Position numbers and translations under genes: made by a program. 64,000 bases of DNA from an uncultured Mollicutes bacterium (GTDB lineage: Bacteria; Bacillota_I; Bacilli_A; RFN20; CAG-826), in assembly GCA_900540365.1 (NCBI GenBank), contig UQFN01000003.1:21139-85138 (forward strand). Direction: 5' to 3'. Below the pieces are notes generated by a model. It was not told the DNA's origin. It saw only the letters and a program-made list of their open reading frames with translations, and made no database searches. Shown in pieces: positions 36,870 to 47,926 of this stretch (positions within the stretch are counted from its first letter, which is position 1; every line of letters begins with the position of its first letter).

Positions 36870-37741
36870 TGAAAAGTGGCTTTGTTTCTTTAATTGGTAG
36901 ACCAAATGTTGGAAAATCTACCTTATTAAATGCGTTAATTGGAACAAAAATCTCAATTGTTACACCAAAAAGTCAAACAACTAGAGATGAAATCCAAGGT
37001 ATTTATAATGACGAAAATTCTCAAATTGTATTTATAGATACTCCTGGCATTCATAAACCACAAAATGAATTAGGAAATGTCCTAGATAAAAGAGCTTATC
37101 GTACAATTCGAGATTGTGAAGTAGCCCTTTTTATAGTTGATGCTAGTAAACAATTTGGTGAAGGAGATCAATATTTATTTGATCATTTAAAGTTTGATTG
37201 TAAATTAATTGTAGTTTTTAATAAAATTGATTTAACTAACATCACATTAATAAGTTCATTAAAAGAAAAATATCAAAAACAATTTAATGATGCACAATTT
37301 ATTGAAATAAGTGCAATAAATGGCTTTAATATTGATAGTCTTATTCAATTAATAAAAAGTAATTTAGATGAAGGACCACAATATTATGATGTAACACAAA
37401 TTACTAATAAAGATTTAAGATTTAGAGTTCAAGAAATTATACGTGAAAAAGCTTTAATGTTTTTAAAAGAAGAAGTTCCTCATGGAATTGCTGTTTTATG
37501 TGATGAAATTGATACATCAAAGAAAGAATTAGATATTTTTGCTAAGATTATCGTTGAGCGTGAATCTCAAAAAAGCATTGTTATTGGCAAAAAAGGTAAT
37601 ATGATAAAACGTATTGGAACAAGTGCTCGACAAGAAATTGAAAAAATAATATTAAAACATATTAGATTAACACTAACAGTGCAAGTAGTTGAAAATTGGC
37701 GTAATTCTAGTAGTTTTCTAGTAAAAATTGGTTATAAATAA
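36869..37741 (+). CDS. era: GTPase Era
   Basis: GRPNVGKSTLLN, DTPG, NKID, C-terminal KH domain. Confidence 0.95.
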   Translation: MKSGFVSLIGRPNVGKSTLLNALIGTKISIVTPKSQTTRDEIQGIYNDENSQIVFIDTPGIHKPQNELGNVLDKRAYRTIRDCEVALFIVDASKQFGEGDQYLFDHLKFDCKLIVVFNKIDLTNITLISSLKEKYQKQFNDAQFIEISAINGFNIDSLIQLIKSNLDEGPQYYDVTQITNKDLRFRVQEIIREKALMFLKEEVPHGIAVLCDEIDTSKKELDIFAKIIVERESQKSIVIGKKGNMIKRIGTSARQEIEKIILKHIRLTLTVQVVENWRNSSSFLVKIGYK

Positions 37742-38410
37742 ATGGAAAAAATTGAAGGCGTTTCTTTATTAATAAGTAAATACAAAGATAACGACGCGAT
37801 AATTAACATCTTAACTAATAATGGATTAGTTAGTGTTTTAGGAAGAGGAATTTTAAGTTATAAATCGAAAAATTTTATTTTTTCATCACCTTTTACCTAT
37901 GCTGAATACGAAATATATCGTGGAAATGTTGGTGGAAATAAACTTAAAACTGGAAAAATATATAAGATATTTAATGACTCGTCAAATGATTATTCAAAAT
38001 TATTAGCTCTAAATTTCTTTAGTGAAATTATATTAAAAACAATTGATGGTATCGATGAATTTTCAACTTTATATAAGAATACTTTAAATTTCTTAGAATC
38101 AATCAATCAAAATGATATTTTTAAAGAATTAGCAATTTTTACGATAAAATTAACCCATTTGCTAGGTATAGACATATTAATAATTGGTTCAAAGTATTTG
38201 GATTACACAACTGGTAAATTAACGAACATGAAAACTGAAAACTCCTTTAGTTTAAATGAAAATGACGTTAACTTTCTAAAAGAAGTTTACAATAAAAATA
38301 TTCCTTCATTTGAAGCGAATTATCTAAAAATTATTACGATTATTGCTCTATTTTTACAAAATCAATTCGATATTAAACTAAATAGTATAGATCTTTTAAA
38401 TAATTATTAA
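37742..38410 (+). CDS. recO: DNA repair protein RecO
   Basis: era-recO-glyQS synteny and an OB-fold-like N-terminus. Sequence is divergent. Confidence 0.65.
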   Translation: MEKIEGVSLLISKYKDNDAIINILTNNGLVSVLGRGILSYKSKNFIFSSPFTYAEYEIYRGNVGGNKLKTGKIYKIFNDSSNDYSKLLALNFFSEIILKTIDGIDEFSTLYKNTLNFLESINQNDIFKELAIFTIKLTHLLGIDILIIGSKYLDYTTGKLTNMKTENSFSLNENDVNFLKEVYNKNIPSFEANYLKIITIIALFLQNQFDIKLNSIDLLNNY

Positions 38411-38428
38411 AAATACACTCATAGTAGG

Positions 38429-38457
38429 TTGACAGCAAAATATATTTATAATATATT
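38429..38457 (+). promoter_or_regulatory. glyQS sigma-A promoter
   Basis: TTGACA-17nt-TATATT. The leader is too short for a T-box. Confidence 0.6.
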
Positions 38458-38478
38458 TTTGAACAATGAGGTTTAAAT

Positions 38479-39855
38479 ATGAATAATATTGAATTTGATA
38501 AAATTGTTACACATTTACAAACAACTGGTTTTGTTTTCCAAGGCTCACAAATTTATGGTGGACTATCTAATTCTTGGGATTATGGACCTTTAGGTAGTGA
38601 ATTAAAACAAAATCTTAAGAATTTATGGCGGAAAAAATTTGTTCATGAATCTCCTACAAATGTCGGAATTGATGCGGCTATTTTAATGAATTCAAAAGTT
38701 TGGCAAGCTACTGGACATGTTTCAACTTTTAATGATCCATTAATTGATTGTAAAAATTGTCATAATCGTTATAGAGCTGATGATTTAATTAGCGAACAAT
38801 ATAAAGATGTTGATGTTAATGGGATGACTATTGATGATTTAAATAAATTTATGAAGGAACATGAATTAAAATGTCCTTATTGTGGAAAATCAAATTTTAC
38901 TGATATAAGACAATTTAATATGATGTTTAAAACTCATATTGGAGTTACTGAAGATAATAAAAGTGAAGTATATTTACGCCCAGAAACAGCACAAGGAGTC
39001 TTTGTTAATTTTAAAAATGTTCAAAGAGCTACTCGTAGAAAATTACCTCTTGGTATCGCTAATATGGGCAAATCTTTTAGAAACGAGATTACTCCAGGGA
39101 ACTTTATTTTCCGTGTTAGAGAATTTGAACAAATGGAATTGGAGTTTTTCTGCAAACCAGGTACTGATCTTGAATGGTTTAAATATTGGAAAGATTTTTC
39201 AATTAATTTTGTTAAATCATTAGGAATTAATGAAGAAAATTTACGTTTTCGTGATCATGAACCAGAAGAACTAGCATTTTATAGTAAAGCAACTACAGAT
39301 ATTGAATATAAATTTCCATTTGGTTGGGGTGAAGTATGGGGTATTGCCGATAGAACTGATTATGATTTAAAACGTCATATGGAATTTAGTGGTGAAAGTC
39401 TTGAATATCTTGACCCAGATACTCATGAAAAATATATCCCATATTGTATTGAACCTTCATTAGGTCTTGAAAGATTATTTTTAATGGTTGTTTGTAATTC
39501 TTATGATGAAGAAACATTAGAAAACGGTGAAATAAGAAAAATTATGCATTTACCTGCATTTTTAGCACCTTATAAAGCTGCAATTTTACCTTTATCTAAA
39601 CAACTTAATGAAGATGCAAAGAAAATATTTAATGACTTAATTCCTTACATAAATGTTAGTTATGACGAAACTGGTTCAATAGGAAAAAGATATCGCCGTA
39701 ACGATGAAATTGGCACGCCATATTGTGTCACCTTTGATTTTGATTCTTTAAACGATCAATGCGTTACAGTTAGAGAAAGAGACTCTATGCAACAAGTCAG
39801 AATGAAAATTTCTGATTTAAAAGATTATTTAATGGAGCATACTTTTTATAAATAA
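38479..39855 (+). CDS. glyQS: Glycine--tRNA ligase (homodimeric type)
   Basis: [20 protein letters not shown] and class II motifs. Confidence 0.95.
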   Translation: MNNIEFDKIVTHLQTTGFVFQGSQIYGGLSNSWDYGPLGSELKQNLKNLWRKKFVHESPTNVGIDAAILMNSKVWQATGHVSTFNDPLIDCKNCHNRYRADDLISEQYKDVDVNGMTIDDLNKFMKEHELKCPYCGKSNFTDIRQFNMMFKTHIGVTEDNKSEVYLRPETAQGVFVNFKNVQRATRRKLPLGIANMGKSFRNEITPGNFIFRVREFEQMELEFFCKPGTDLEWFKYWKDFSINFVKSLGINEENLRFRDHEPEELAFYSKATTDIEYKFPFGWGEVWGIADRTDYDLKRHMEFSGESLEYLDPDTHEKYIPYCIEPSLGLERLFLMVVCNSYDEETLENGEIRKIMHLPAFLAPYKAAILPLSKQLNEDAKKIFNDLIPYINVSYDETGSIGKRYRRNDEIGTPYCVTFDFDSLNDQCVTVRERDSMQQVRMKISDLKDYLMEHTFYK

Positions 39856-41678
39856 TGGATAATAGTTTACACGATTTATCTTTATCAGTTTTAAAAAATT
39901 CAGATATTGTCGAAGTAATTTCTTCAAGAATTAAAGTTATTAAAGCCGGAAGAAATTATAAAGCTGTCTGTCCTTTTCATGATGACAAAAATCCTTCTTT
40001 AATGATAAGTAAGGAAAAACAAATTTTTAAATGTTTCGTTTGTGGGGCTAGTGGCAATGCAATTAGTTTTATTCAAAAATATGATAAAATTTCATTTTTC
40101 GAAGCTGTAAAAGAAGTTGCTAAAATTTCAGGATATAACGATGAACGTTTAACTAATTTAAATCAACCTAAAGTAAGTGTAAATAATGAATATAGTGATA
40201 TATATAATTGTTTAAATGAAATTGCTAATTTTTATGAGATTAGTTTATACCAAAGTGAAGTTGGTAAAAAAGGCTTAGAATATTTAAAAAATCGTGGTTT
40301 AAATGATGATGTAATTCATTATTTTAGAATTGGTTATTCATTAGATGATGGTGAAAACATCATTAACTATTTAAAAGCAAAGAATTTTTCAATTAAAACT
40401 ATTGAAAGAACTGGTATTGGACGTATCAATAATCAAACTTTAACTATTCGTGATAATAATGCAGGAAGAATTATTTTCCCATTAATTTCAAAAAATGATC
40501 AAGTTTTAGGATTTAGTGCAAGAAGAATTGTTAATGACGATACTGCGAAATATATAAATACTGAATCGACTTTAGTATTTAATAAGGGTAATTTGTTATA
40601 TAACTTGAATAAAGCTAAAAACGAAGCTAAACAAGTTAATTATGTTTATTTAGTTGAAGGCTTTATGGATGTAATTGCTTTATATCGAATTAATGTTAAA
40701 TCAACAGTTGCTTTAATGGGTACAGCTTTAACTAAAGATCAAATAAAAGAATTACGTTTGCTTAATGTTGAAGTAAGAATTTGCCTAGACTTAGATAACG
40801 CCGGACAAATGAATACCTTAAGCGTTATTAATAAATTAGAAGAAGCAGGAATTGACTTTAAAGTTGTAAATAACAAAGTTGATTTTAATGAAAAAGATAG
40901 TGATGAAATTTTAACTAAATATGGTGAAGAAAAATTAAAAAGTTTCTTATTTAATTTAATCGATAGTGGAGAGTGGATTTTAAATTACTATACTAAGACT
41001 TTAAATTTAGCAAATACGAACGATAAAAAGATTTTAGTACAAAAAGTTATGCCATATATTGCTAAATTAAAATCGAAATTTGATGTAGAAGCCTATATAA
41101 ATAAACTTTCATTCCAAACAGGATTTAGTAAATCCTTACTTATGGAATATTTAACGAAATTTAAAGAAAAGAATTTAAATTCTGATGATGAACTGTTTAT
41201 TAAAGAAGTAACTAGTCCATCTAAGAAAATTTCAAAAATTGATTTAGCGCAATTTAAAATTCTTAAATATATGTTAGAAGATAAAGTTGCAATCGATATC
41301 GTAAATAGTTCAAATTTATATTTTCCAACCGAAAAATATCGTGAACTTGCGGGTCTATTAATTGATTATGTTACAAGTTTATCTTTAGAACAAAATACAA
41401 TTAACGCTGATGAAATTATTAATTACATTCAAAGTAATGAAAATTTAGAAAATAAAGACAAATTGTCTAATAGTGTTAGCGAAATAGTTTTAAATGAAGA
41501 AATAAAAATTCCCCCATTCACCAAGAGTGAACTTAAAGAATCTATTAATAATTTAAATACTATTCGTCAAACTAAACGTTATAAACAGACGATTCGCGAA
41601 ATTGAGCATTCAAGTAATGATCCAATTAAAAATGCGAAAAGTATACAGTCATTGCTAGAAAAAATGAAACAAAAATAA
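39855..41678 (+). CDS. dnaG: DNA primase
   Basis: CHC2 zinc finger CPFHDDKNPS...CFVCG. TOPRIM VEGFMDVIAL. Confidence 0.93.
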   Translation: MDNSLHDLSLSVLKNSDIVEVISSRIKVIKAGRNYKAVCPFHDDKNPSLMISKEKQIFKCFVCGASGNAISFIQKYDKISFFEAVKEVAKISGYNDERLTNLNQPKVSVNNEYSDIYNCLNEIANFYEISLYQSEVGKKGLEYLKNRGLNDDVIHYFRIGYSLDDGENIINYLKAKNFSIKTIERTGIGRINNQTLTIRDNNAGRIIFPLISKNDQVLGFSARRIVNDDTAKYINTESTLVFNKGNLLYNLNKAKNEAKQVNYVYLVEGFMDVIALYRINVKSTVALMGTALTKDQIKELRLLNVEVRICLDLDNAGQMNTLSVINKLEEAGIDFKVVNNKVDFNEKDSDEILTKYGEEKLKSFLFNLIDSGEWILNYYTKTLNLANTNDKKILVQKVMPYIAKLKSKFDVEAYINKLSFQTGFSKSLLMEYLTKFKEKNLNSDDELFIKEVTSPSKKISKIDLAQFKILKYMLEDKVAIDIVNSSNLYFPTEKYRELAGLLIDYVTSLSLEQNTINADEIINYIQSNENLENKDKLSNSVSEIVLNEEIKIPPFTKSELKESINNLNTIRQTKRYKQTIREIEHSSNDPIKNAKSIQSLLEKMKQK

Positions 41679-41695
41679 ATTAAGGAGATAAAACT

Positions 41696-42943
41696 ATGGG
41701 AAGAGCAAAAAAAGTATTAAATGAAGATGAAATTATCGATGAAATTGATGAAAATGAAGAAGATATAAAAACTCTTGACGATATAATTAAAGAATTTGAA
41801 AAGAAAGGTAAAAAGACTAAAGTTTTTGATCAAGATGAATTTATTGATGCAACATCTTATCTTGATTTATCTGATGATGATTTAGAAAAAGTATATGAAC
41901 ATTTTAAAAATTTAGGTTATGAAATAAGTGGCGAAGGTAATGATGAACAAGATTTAGATGATTTAGATATTTCTGAAGAAGAATTAGAAAATTCTAATCT
42001 TGATGATTTAGAACCTACTGAAATTGATGATGATGAAATTAGCGAAGATGAAAAAGAATCAGCATCAATTGATGTTGATAATTTAGAATCATTAGAAACT
42101 AGTGATGTTAAAGTTAATGACAGTGTCAAATTATATTTAAAAGAAATTGGTCGTGTTCCTTTACTTAAAGCAAGTGAAGAACAAGAATTAGCTAAAAGAA
42201 TTCTTCAAGGAGATTTAGAAGCTAAAAATCAATTAATTACAGCTAATTTACGTTTAGTTGTTTCCATTGCTAAACATTACATTGGTAGAGGAATGTTATT
42301 TTTAGATTTAATTGAAGAAGGAAATTTAGGTTTAATTAAAGCAGTTGAAAAATTTGACTATACTAAAAACTTTAAATTTTCAACATATGCAACATGGTGG
42401 ATTCGTCAAGCGATTACACGTGCAATTGCTGACCAAGCTCGTACAATTCGTATCCCAGTTCATATGGTCGAAACAATTAATAAAATTACTAGAGTTCAAC
42501 GTCAATTAGTTCAAAAGTTAGGTAGAGAACCTACAGCTGAAGAAATTAGCGAAGAATTAAATGGATCTATGACTCCAGATAGAATTAGAGAAATTCAACG
42601 AATTGCACTTGAACCAGTTTCACTTGAAAGTCCAATTGGTGAAGAAGATGATTCTCATTTAGGAGATTTTGTCGAAGATAAAGAAAGTGTTTCACCAACT
42701 GAATATACAACTCAATCAATGATTAGAAGTGCTTTATATGATGTAATGAGTGATTTAACTGATCGTGAAGAAAAAGTTTTACGTTTACGTTATGGTATCG
42801 GAGATGGAAAACCTCGTACATTAGAAGAAGTTGGTAAGGAATTTGGCGTTACTAGAGAAAGAATTAGACAAATTGAAGCTAAAGCTATTAGAAAATTACG
42901 TCATCCAACACGTCAAAAGAAATTAGATGATTATCGTTATTAA
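41696..42943 (+). CDS. sigA: RNA polymerase sigma factor SigA/RpoD
   Basis: Acidic N-terminus. Region 2 [27 protein letters not shown]. Region 4 [20 protein letters not shown]. Confidence 0.97.
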   Translation: MGRAKKVLNEDEIIDEIDENEEDIKTLDDIIKEFEKKGKKTKVFDQDEFIDATSYLDLSDDDLEKVYEHFKNLGYEISGEGNDEQDLDDLDISEEELENSNLDDLEPTEIDDDEISEDEKESASIDVDNLESLETSDVKVNDSVKLYLKEIGRVPLLKASEEQELAKRILQGDLEAKNQLITANLRLVVSIAKHYIGRGMLFLDLIEEGNLGLIKAVEKFDYTKNFKFSTYATWWIRQAITRAIADQARTIRIPVHMVETINKITRVQRQLVQKLGREPTAEEISEELNGSMTPDRIREIQRIALEPVSLESPIGEEDDSHLGDFVEDKESVSPTEYTTQSMIRSALYDVMSDLTDREEKVLRLRYGIGDGKPRTLEEVGKEFGVTRERIRQIEAKAIRKLRHPTRQKKLDDYRY

Positions 42944-42945
42944 AG

Positions 42946-43605
42946 ATGATTTTAAGTAAAAGATTAGAAACTATTATTTATTTAGTTGATCAAGGAGAAA
43001 ATGTCGCTGATATTGGTAGCGACCATGGATTTATTGTTATTGAATTAATTAATCGAAATATAGCCGCTTCTTGCTTAGCTGTTGAAAATAAAATTGGTCC
43101 TTATACTAACCTAGTAAAAAATACTTCCTTAATTAAGAATATTAAAACAAGTTTAAGTGATGGTTTAAAAGAAGTAGATAAGCAATTTTCTACAGTTATC
43201 ATTGCTGGAATGGGTTTTAATACAATTAAAGAAATTATTAATGATTCAATTGAAAAACTTGATTTTATCGATACATTTATCATTGATTCACATACTTTAA
43301 CTTATGAATTGCGTAAATTTATGAGTGAAATCGGTTATTTTATTAAAGATGAACAATGTTTAATAGAAAATAAAATTTTTTATGAAATTATAAAATTTCA
43401 AAAAGGACATAAAGTATATAGTGAAGTTGAATTAAAATATGGACCAATCTTATTAAATAATAGAAGTGAAGATTTTATGACTCATTATTCTAATCAAATT
43501 GAAAAACTTAAATCTTTGGTGCGTCTTCATCAAATTAGTTCTATAAGAAAAAAAGAAATTGCATTAGAAATTTCTTCATTGGAGGCAATTATTTATGAAA
43601 ACTAA
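42946..43605 (+). CDS. trmK: tRNA (adenine22-N1)-methyltransferase TrmK
   Basis: ADIGSDHG motif. Follows sigA as B. subtilis yqfN does. Confidence 0.8.
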   Translation: MILSKRLETIIYLVDQGENVADIGSDHGFIVIELINRNIAASCLAVENKIGPYTNLVKNTSLIKNIKTSLSDGLKEVDKQFSTVIIAGMGFNTIKEIINDSIEKLDFIDTFIIDSHTLTYELRKFMSEIGYFIKDEQCLIENKIFYEIIKFQKGHKVYSEVELKYGPILLNNRSEDFMTHYSNQIEKLKSLVRLHQISSIRKKEIALEISSLEAIIYEN

Positions 43606-44380
43606 TGATTTATTAAAAAAAATTGCTAAATTTTATCCTAAAACCATTGCAAAAAAATATCACGATCCTGTAGGATTACAAACAGGAAAGTTAAAAGAAG
43701 AAACAAAAACAATCTTTTTATGCCTTGATTTTGATGAAATTGTTTACGATTATTTAGAAAAAAACAATCTTTTTAACAAGATTGACTTAATTATTACTCA
43801 TCATCCATTTATATTTGGAACAAAATATAAAGTTTTTAAATATGATGAAAATAAAAGGAAATTGTGTGCATTAATCGATGAAAAAGATATTCCAATATAT
43901 TCTTATCATACGAATTTCGATGAAGGCAAAGATGGAATGAATGATGCTCTTGCTAGAAGACTTGAATTAATAGATATAAAACCTTTAGAAGGTGATCCGA
44001 TGGCAAGAGGAGGCAAATTACCTTTTGAAATGAATATTGAAGATTTTGCAAAATATGCAATTAATAAATTTGATGTTAATTATTCGTTGTTATTAAATTA
44101 TGGAAAATCTACTATTAAATCAGTTGCTGTTGTAGGTGGTGGTGGATGGAGAAGTTTTTCCATTGCTATGAAAGAAAACTACGATATTTTTATAAGTGGT
44201 GACATTCCACATCATGGAAGAAGAGAAGTTATCTCAAATAAATATAATTATTTAGATATGCCTCATGAGATAGAAAAAATATTTATGGAAGCTTTTAAAA
44301 ATAAGCTTCATGAGATTGCTCCTGATATTGAAGTTATTTCAATTGATCATGAAAAATTACCAAAAATTATTTTAAAGTAG
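43595..44380 (+). CDS. NIF3-family metal-binding protein (YqfO-like)
   Basis: ITHHPFIF and SGDIPHH motifs, plus synteny. Confidence 0.8.
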   Translation: MKTNDLLKKIAKFYPKTIAKKYHDPVGLQTGKLKEETKTIFLCLDFDEIVYDYLEKNNLFNKIDLIITHHPFIFGTKYKVFKYDENKRKLCALIDEKDIPIYSYHTNFDEGKDGMNDALARRLELIDIKPLEGDPMARGGKLPFEMNIEDFAKYAINKFDVNYSLLLNYGKSTIKSVAVVGGGGWRSFSIAMKENYDIFISGDIPHHGRREVISNKYNYLDMPHEIEKIFMEAFKNKLHEIAPDIEVISIDHEKLPKIILK

Positions 44381-44417
44381 AAAAATAGTAGTTATTTAGT
44401 TTTAAATAAGTAGGAGG
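44375..44417 (+). repeat. 11-bp-phased TAGTA-type array (4 units)
   Basis: AAGTAGAAAAA TAGTAGTTATT TAGTTTTAAAT AAGTAGGAGG. Includes the NIF3 stop codon and merges into the next RBS. Confidence 0.7.
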
Positions 44418-44424
44418 TGCAAAA

Positions 44425-45777
44425 ATGAAATTTACAGCATTTAATTTAAAAAAAGAAATTGTTGAGTTTTTAAACGATAATAATTATCTCGAAGCGACTC
44501 CTGTTCAAGAGGTTGTTATACCTAAGGCTTTGCGAAACGAAAATATTATCGTTCAAAGTGCAACTGGTAGTGGCAAAACGCATTCTTTTTTGATTCCTAT
44601 TATGAATAATTTAGAAATTAACAATAAGATTCAAGCCATCATTATTACACCTACTCGTGAATTAGCTAGACAAACTTATGAATTTGCTTTGCAATTTAAA
44701 CAAATATATCCAGAATTAAAAGTTAAAATTTTTACGAGCGGAATCGATGTTTCTAGAAATGAAAAACTACTTAATAATAGTTGTGAAGTTATCGTAGCTA
44801 CTCCTGGAAGATTAAAAAGTCTCTTTGATAATGTAGATGTTGATTTATCCTCTCTTAAAACTATTATTCTTGATGAAGCCGACATGCTAATGGATGAAGG
44901 TTTTATAGAAGATATCGAACAAATTATTAAACATTCAAATAATCCACAAATTGGTGTTTATAGTGCTACAATATCGCAAAAAGTAGAAGTTTTTCTAAGA
45001 AAATTTATTTCTCCTGACTATGTTTTAACGATGTCAAATAAAGAAATTACCTCTAATACAGTTAAACACCACTTTATTAATACAAAACATAATGATATTA
45101 ATGAATTAATCTTACATTTTATTAATGTTAAAAATCCTTATTTATTAATGATTTTTGCTAGTAGTAAAGAAAAAGTACAAGATATTTATAATTTTTTATC
45201 TTCAAAAAAATATAAATGTGGAATTTTATCAGGAAATTTAACTCCACGTGAACGTAAATCAATGTTAAAACGCATTAATAATAATGAATTTCCAATAATT
45301 GTTTGTTCAGATATAGCTTCAAGAGGTCTTGATATTATCGATGTTAGCGATGTTTTAAGTGTCGATTTACCAAATAATATTGAATATTATTATCATCGTG
45401 CTGGAAGAACTGGTAGAAATTTTAAAGATGGTAATTCTTATATTTTCTACGATAGTGATCATATTAAAATGTGCTTAAAATTATTAGAAAATGGTTTAAT
45501 AGCTGATTATTTTAAATTTTCTAAAGATTATAATGAACTTGTTAGTGATACGCCAATAAATAAAAGAAGTCAACGTAGAACTAAACGTGTAAACGAAGAT
45601 TTAGAAAAAGAAATTAAAAAAGCAGTTTTTGAAGCTAAAGGTAAAAAAGTTAAGCCAGGTTATAAAAAGAAAGTAAAAAATGCTGTTGAACGTGTTAAAA
45701 AAAGATACAAAAGAGAAATTATCAAACAAGATATTCGTCGTCAAAGGGTAGAAAGGTATAAAAACAATGGAAAATAA
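44425..45777 (+). CDS. cshB: DEAD-box ATP-dependent RNA helicase (CshB/YqfR-like)
   Basis: Q motif, SATGSGKT, DEAD (ILDEADML), SAT, HRAGRTGR, lysine-rich tail. Confidence 0.85.
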   Translation: MKFTAFNLKKEIVEFLNDNNYLEATPVQEVVIPKALRNENIIVQSATGSGKTHSFLIPIMNNLEINNKIQAIIITPTRELARQTYEFALQFKQIYPELKVKIFTSGIDVSRNEKLLNNSCEVIVATPGRLKSLFDNVDVDLSSLKTIILDEADMLMDEGFIEDIEQIIKHSNNPQIGVYSATISQKVEVFLRKFISPDYVLTMSNKEITSNTVKHHFINTKHNDINELILHFINVKNPYLLMIFASSKEKVQDIYNFLSSKKYKCGILSGNLTPRERKSMLKRINNNEFPIIVCSDIASRGLDIIDVSDVLSVDLPNNIEYYYHRAGRTGRNFKDGNSYIFYDSDHIKMCLKLLENGLIADYFKFSKDYNELVSDTPINKRSQRRTKRVNEDLEKEIKKAVFEAKGKKVKPGYKKKVKNAVERVKKRYKREIIKQDIRRQRVERYKNNGK

Positions 45778-46618
45778 AGTTTATATTGGTAGTCATATTG
45801 GAATGTCTGCTCCAAATTATTTTTTAGGTACCGCTAAAGAAGCCCTATCTTATAATGAAACTTGCTTCATGTTTTATACTGGAGCACCACAAAACTTTAA
45901 TCGTGTTCCTTTAGAAAAATGCAAAATTAATGAAGGAATCGACTTTTTAAAAGAAAATAATATTAATCTTGAAAAAATAGTAGTTCACGCACCATATATT
46001 ATCAATTTAGGTAATACAATTGATTTAAATAAATTTAATTTCTCTATTAGTGCGGTTTTAGAAGAACTTCATAGAACTAATAATTTTCATGCTAAATATC
46101 TAGTTTTACATCCAGGAAGTCATTTAAATGCTGGCGTAGAAGCTGGACTTAATCAAATTGTAAATGGTTTAAATCAAATATTTATAAAAGATAAAAGTGA
46201 TGTAATAATTTGTCTTGAAACAATGGCCGGAAAAGGAAGTGAACTAGGTAAAAACTTCGAAGAAATCGCTTATATTATTAAAAATTGTAATTTTCCTTCT
46301 AGGCTTGGAGTTTGTTTAGATACATGCCATGTTAATGATGCAAATTATGATGTTAATGATATTGATGGTCTTTTAGATGAATTTGATAAAGTTATTGGTT
46401 TAGAAAAATTAAAAGTAATTCATTTAAATAATAGTAAAAATCCTCGTGGATCCCATAAAGATCGTCACGCTAATGTTAAAGATGGTACAATTCCATTTGA
46501 AACATTAAGAAAATATGTATTTCATGAAAAATTAAAAGATGTTCCTAAAATTTTAGAAACACCTTATGTTAATGGTTTACCACCATATAAAGAAGAAATC
46601 GCAGAACTTTTAAAATAA
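45767..46618 (+). CDS. nfo: Endonuclease IV
   Basis: IGSH..., HAPYIINL, LHPGSH, CLDTCH motifs. Confidence 0.92.
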   Translation: MENKVYIGSHIGMSAPNYFLGTAKEALSYNETCFMFYTGAPQNFNRVPLEKCKINEGIDFLKENNINLEKIVVHAPYIINLGNTIDLNKFNFSISAVLEELHRTNNFHAKYLVLHPGSHLNAGVEAGLNQIVNGLNQIFIKDKSDVIICLETMAGKGSELGKNFEEIAYIIKNCNFPSRLGVCLDTCHVNDANYDVNDIDGLLDEFDKVIGLEKLKVIHLNNSKNPRGSHKDRHANVKDGTIPFETLRKYVFHEKLKDVPKILETPYVNGLPPYKEEIAELLK

Positions 46619-47674
46619 TTATTTCATCTTATCAAGTTCTTTAAAAAGCTCATTAAGAGCATCTTTTTCTTTTACAGTTTTTAAAATTTTTCCGTCTTTA
46701 AAAATAATATATTCGTTTTTACCACCTGCAAGACCAATATCGCTATTTTTACCTTCGCCGATTCCATTTACAATACAACCCATAATAGCAACTTTTTTAT
46801 TAATATGATTTTTTTCTAAATAATCATAAGTTTTAATGGCTAAAGTTTTTACATCAACTTGAGTTCTTCCACAAGTAGGACAGCTTATAATAGTTGGATA
46901 ATTTGGATATAAACCTAAATCATGTAACAAACGTTTACAAGTTTTAATTTCTTTTAAAGGATCATCAGTTAAAGAAATACGAATTGTATTACCAATTCCT
47001 TTTAAAATTAAAGGTGAAAGAGCAGCGACACTTTTTATAATGCCGATTTCATCAAATCCAGATTCAGTTAATCCAATATGTAATGGGTAATTCGATAAAT
47101 TACTAAATTCTTCATAAGCTTTAATTGTATCGATTATATTGCTAGTTTTTAGACTTATTACTAAGTCAAAAAAGTTATGATTTTCAAAAAAATTAATGTA
47201 CTTTAATGCACTTTGACATAATAAAAAATAAAGAGGTTTGTTAGGAAATTCTTCATATAATTTTTCATCAAGAGAACCGCCATTAACTCCAATTCGAATA
47301 GCTACATGATGTTTTTTTGCTGCTTCAATAATTTGAATTAATTCATCTTCGTTTTTTAAATTTCCAGGATTAATACGAATTTTACTAGCACCATTTTCTA
47401 TAGCCAGAAGTGCAAATTTGTAATTAAAATGAATATCAGCAATTAAAGGAATATTTATTTTACTAACAATTTCTTTAATGGCATAAGCATCATCATAATC
47501 TAAAATGCTAACACGCATTAACTCAGCTCCTTCAATAGCACAATCATTAATTTGTTTTACGACTTCATCGACTTTTGAAGTTTTAATATTACACATTGAT
47601 TGAATTAAAATATGATTATTTCCACCAAGAAAAGTGTTACCGATTTTAACTTGTTTTGTTTTAGTTCTTTCCAT
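46619..47674 (-). CDS. ispG: 4-hydroxy-3-methylbut-2-enyl diphosphate synthase (IspG/GcpE)
   Basis: RTKTKQVKIGN..GG.., CPTCGRT, MGCIVNGIGE. Confidence 0.93.
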   Translation of the reverse strand: MERTKTKQVKIGNTFLGGNNHILIQSMCNIKTSKVDEVVKQINDCAIEGAELMRVSILDYDDAYAIKEIVSKINIPLIADIHFNYKFALLAIENGASKIRINPGNLKNEDELIQIIEAAKKHHVAIRIGVNGGSLDEKLYEEFPNKPLYFLLCQSALKYINFFENHNFFDLVISLKTSNIIDTIKAYEEFSNLSNYPLHIGLTESGFDEIGIIKSVAALSPLILKGIGNTIRISLTDDPLKEIKTCKRLLHDLGLYPNYPTIISCPTCGRTQVDVKTLAIKTYDYLEKNHINKKVAIMGCIVNGIGEGKNSDIGLAGGKNEYIIFKDGKILKTVKEKDALNELFKELDKMK

Positions 47675-47768
47675 ACATAAGATTATATCTTATGAAGTAA
47701 ATATTTTATAGAAAAAAAGTAATATTTGTGGTAATCTATTAGACGTCTATATAGAAGGAGTGAAATAT

Positions 47769-47918
47769 ATGAGAGATTCATTTACATTAAAATGTACAGT
47801 TTGTGGAGAAGAAAATTACATTACAAGTAAAAATAAGAAAAATAATCCTGACAGATTAGAAATCAAAAAATATTGCCCTAGATGTAAAAAAGTTACTGTT
47901 CATAAAGAAAAGAAATAA
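47769..47918 (+). CDS. rpmG: 50S ribosomal protein L33 (below the ORF-track size cutoff)
   Basis: Translated by eye: [59 protein letters not shown]. Confidence 0.88.
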   Translation: MRDSFTLKCTVCGEENYITSKNKKNNPDRLEIKKYCPRCKKVTVHKEKK

Positions 47919-47926
47919 AATAAGTT

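Noticed and set aside
38411-38478. T-box riboswitch upstream of glyQS
   Set aside because: The gap is only 68 nt and is occupied by a TTGACA-17-TATATT promoter and the RBS. There is no room for a Stem I/specifier/antiterminator architecture.
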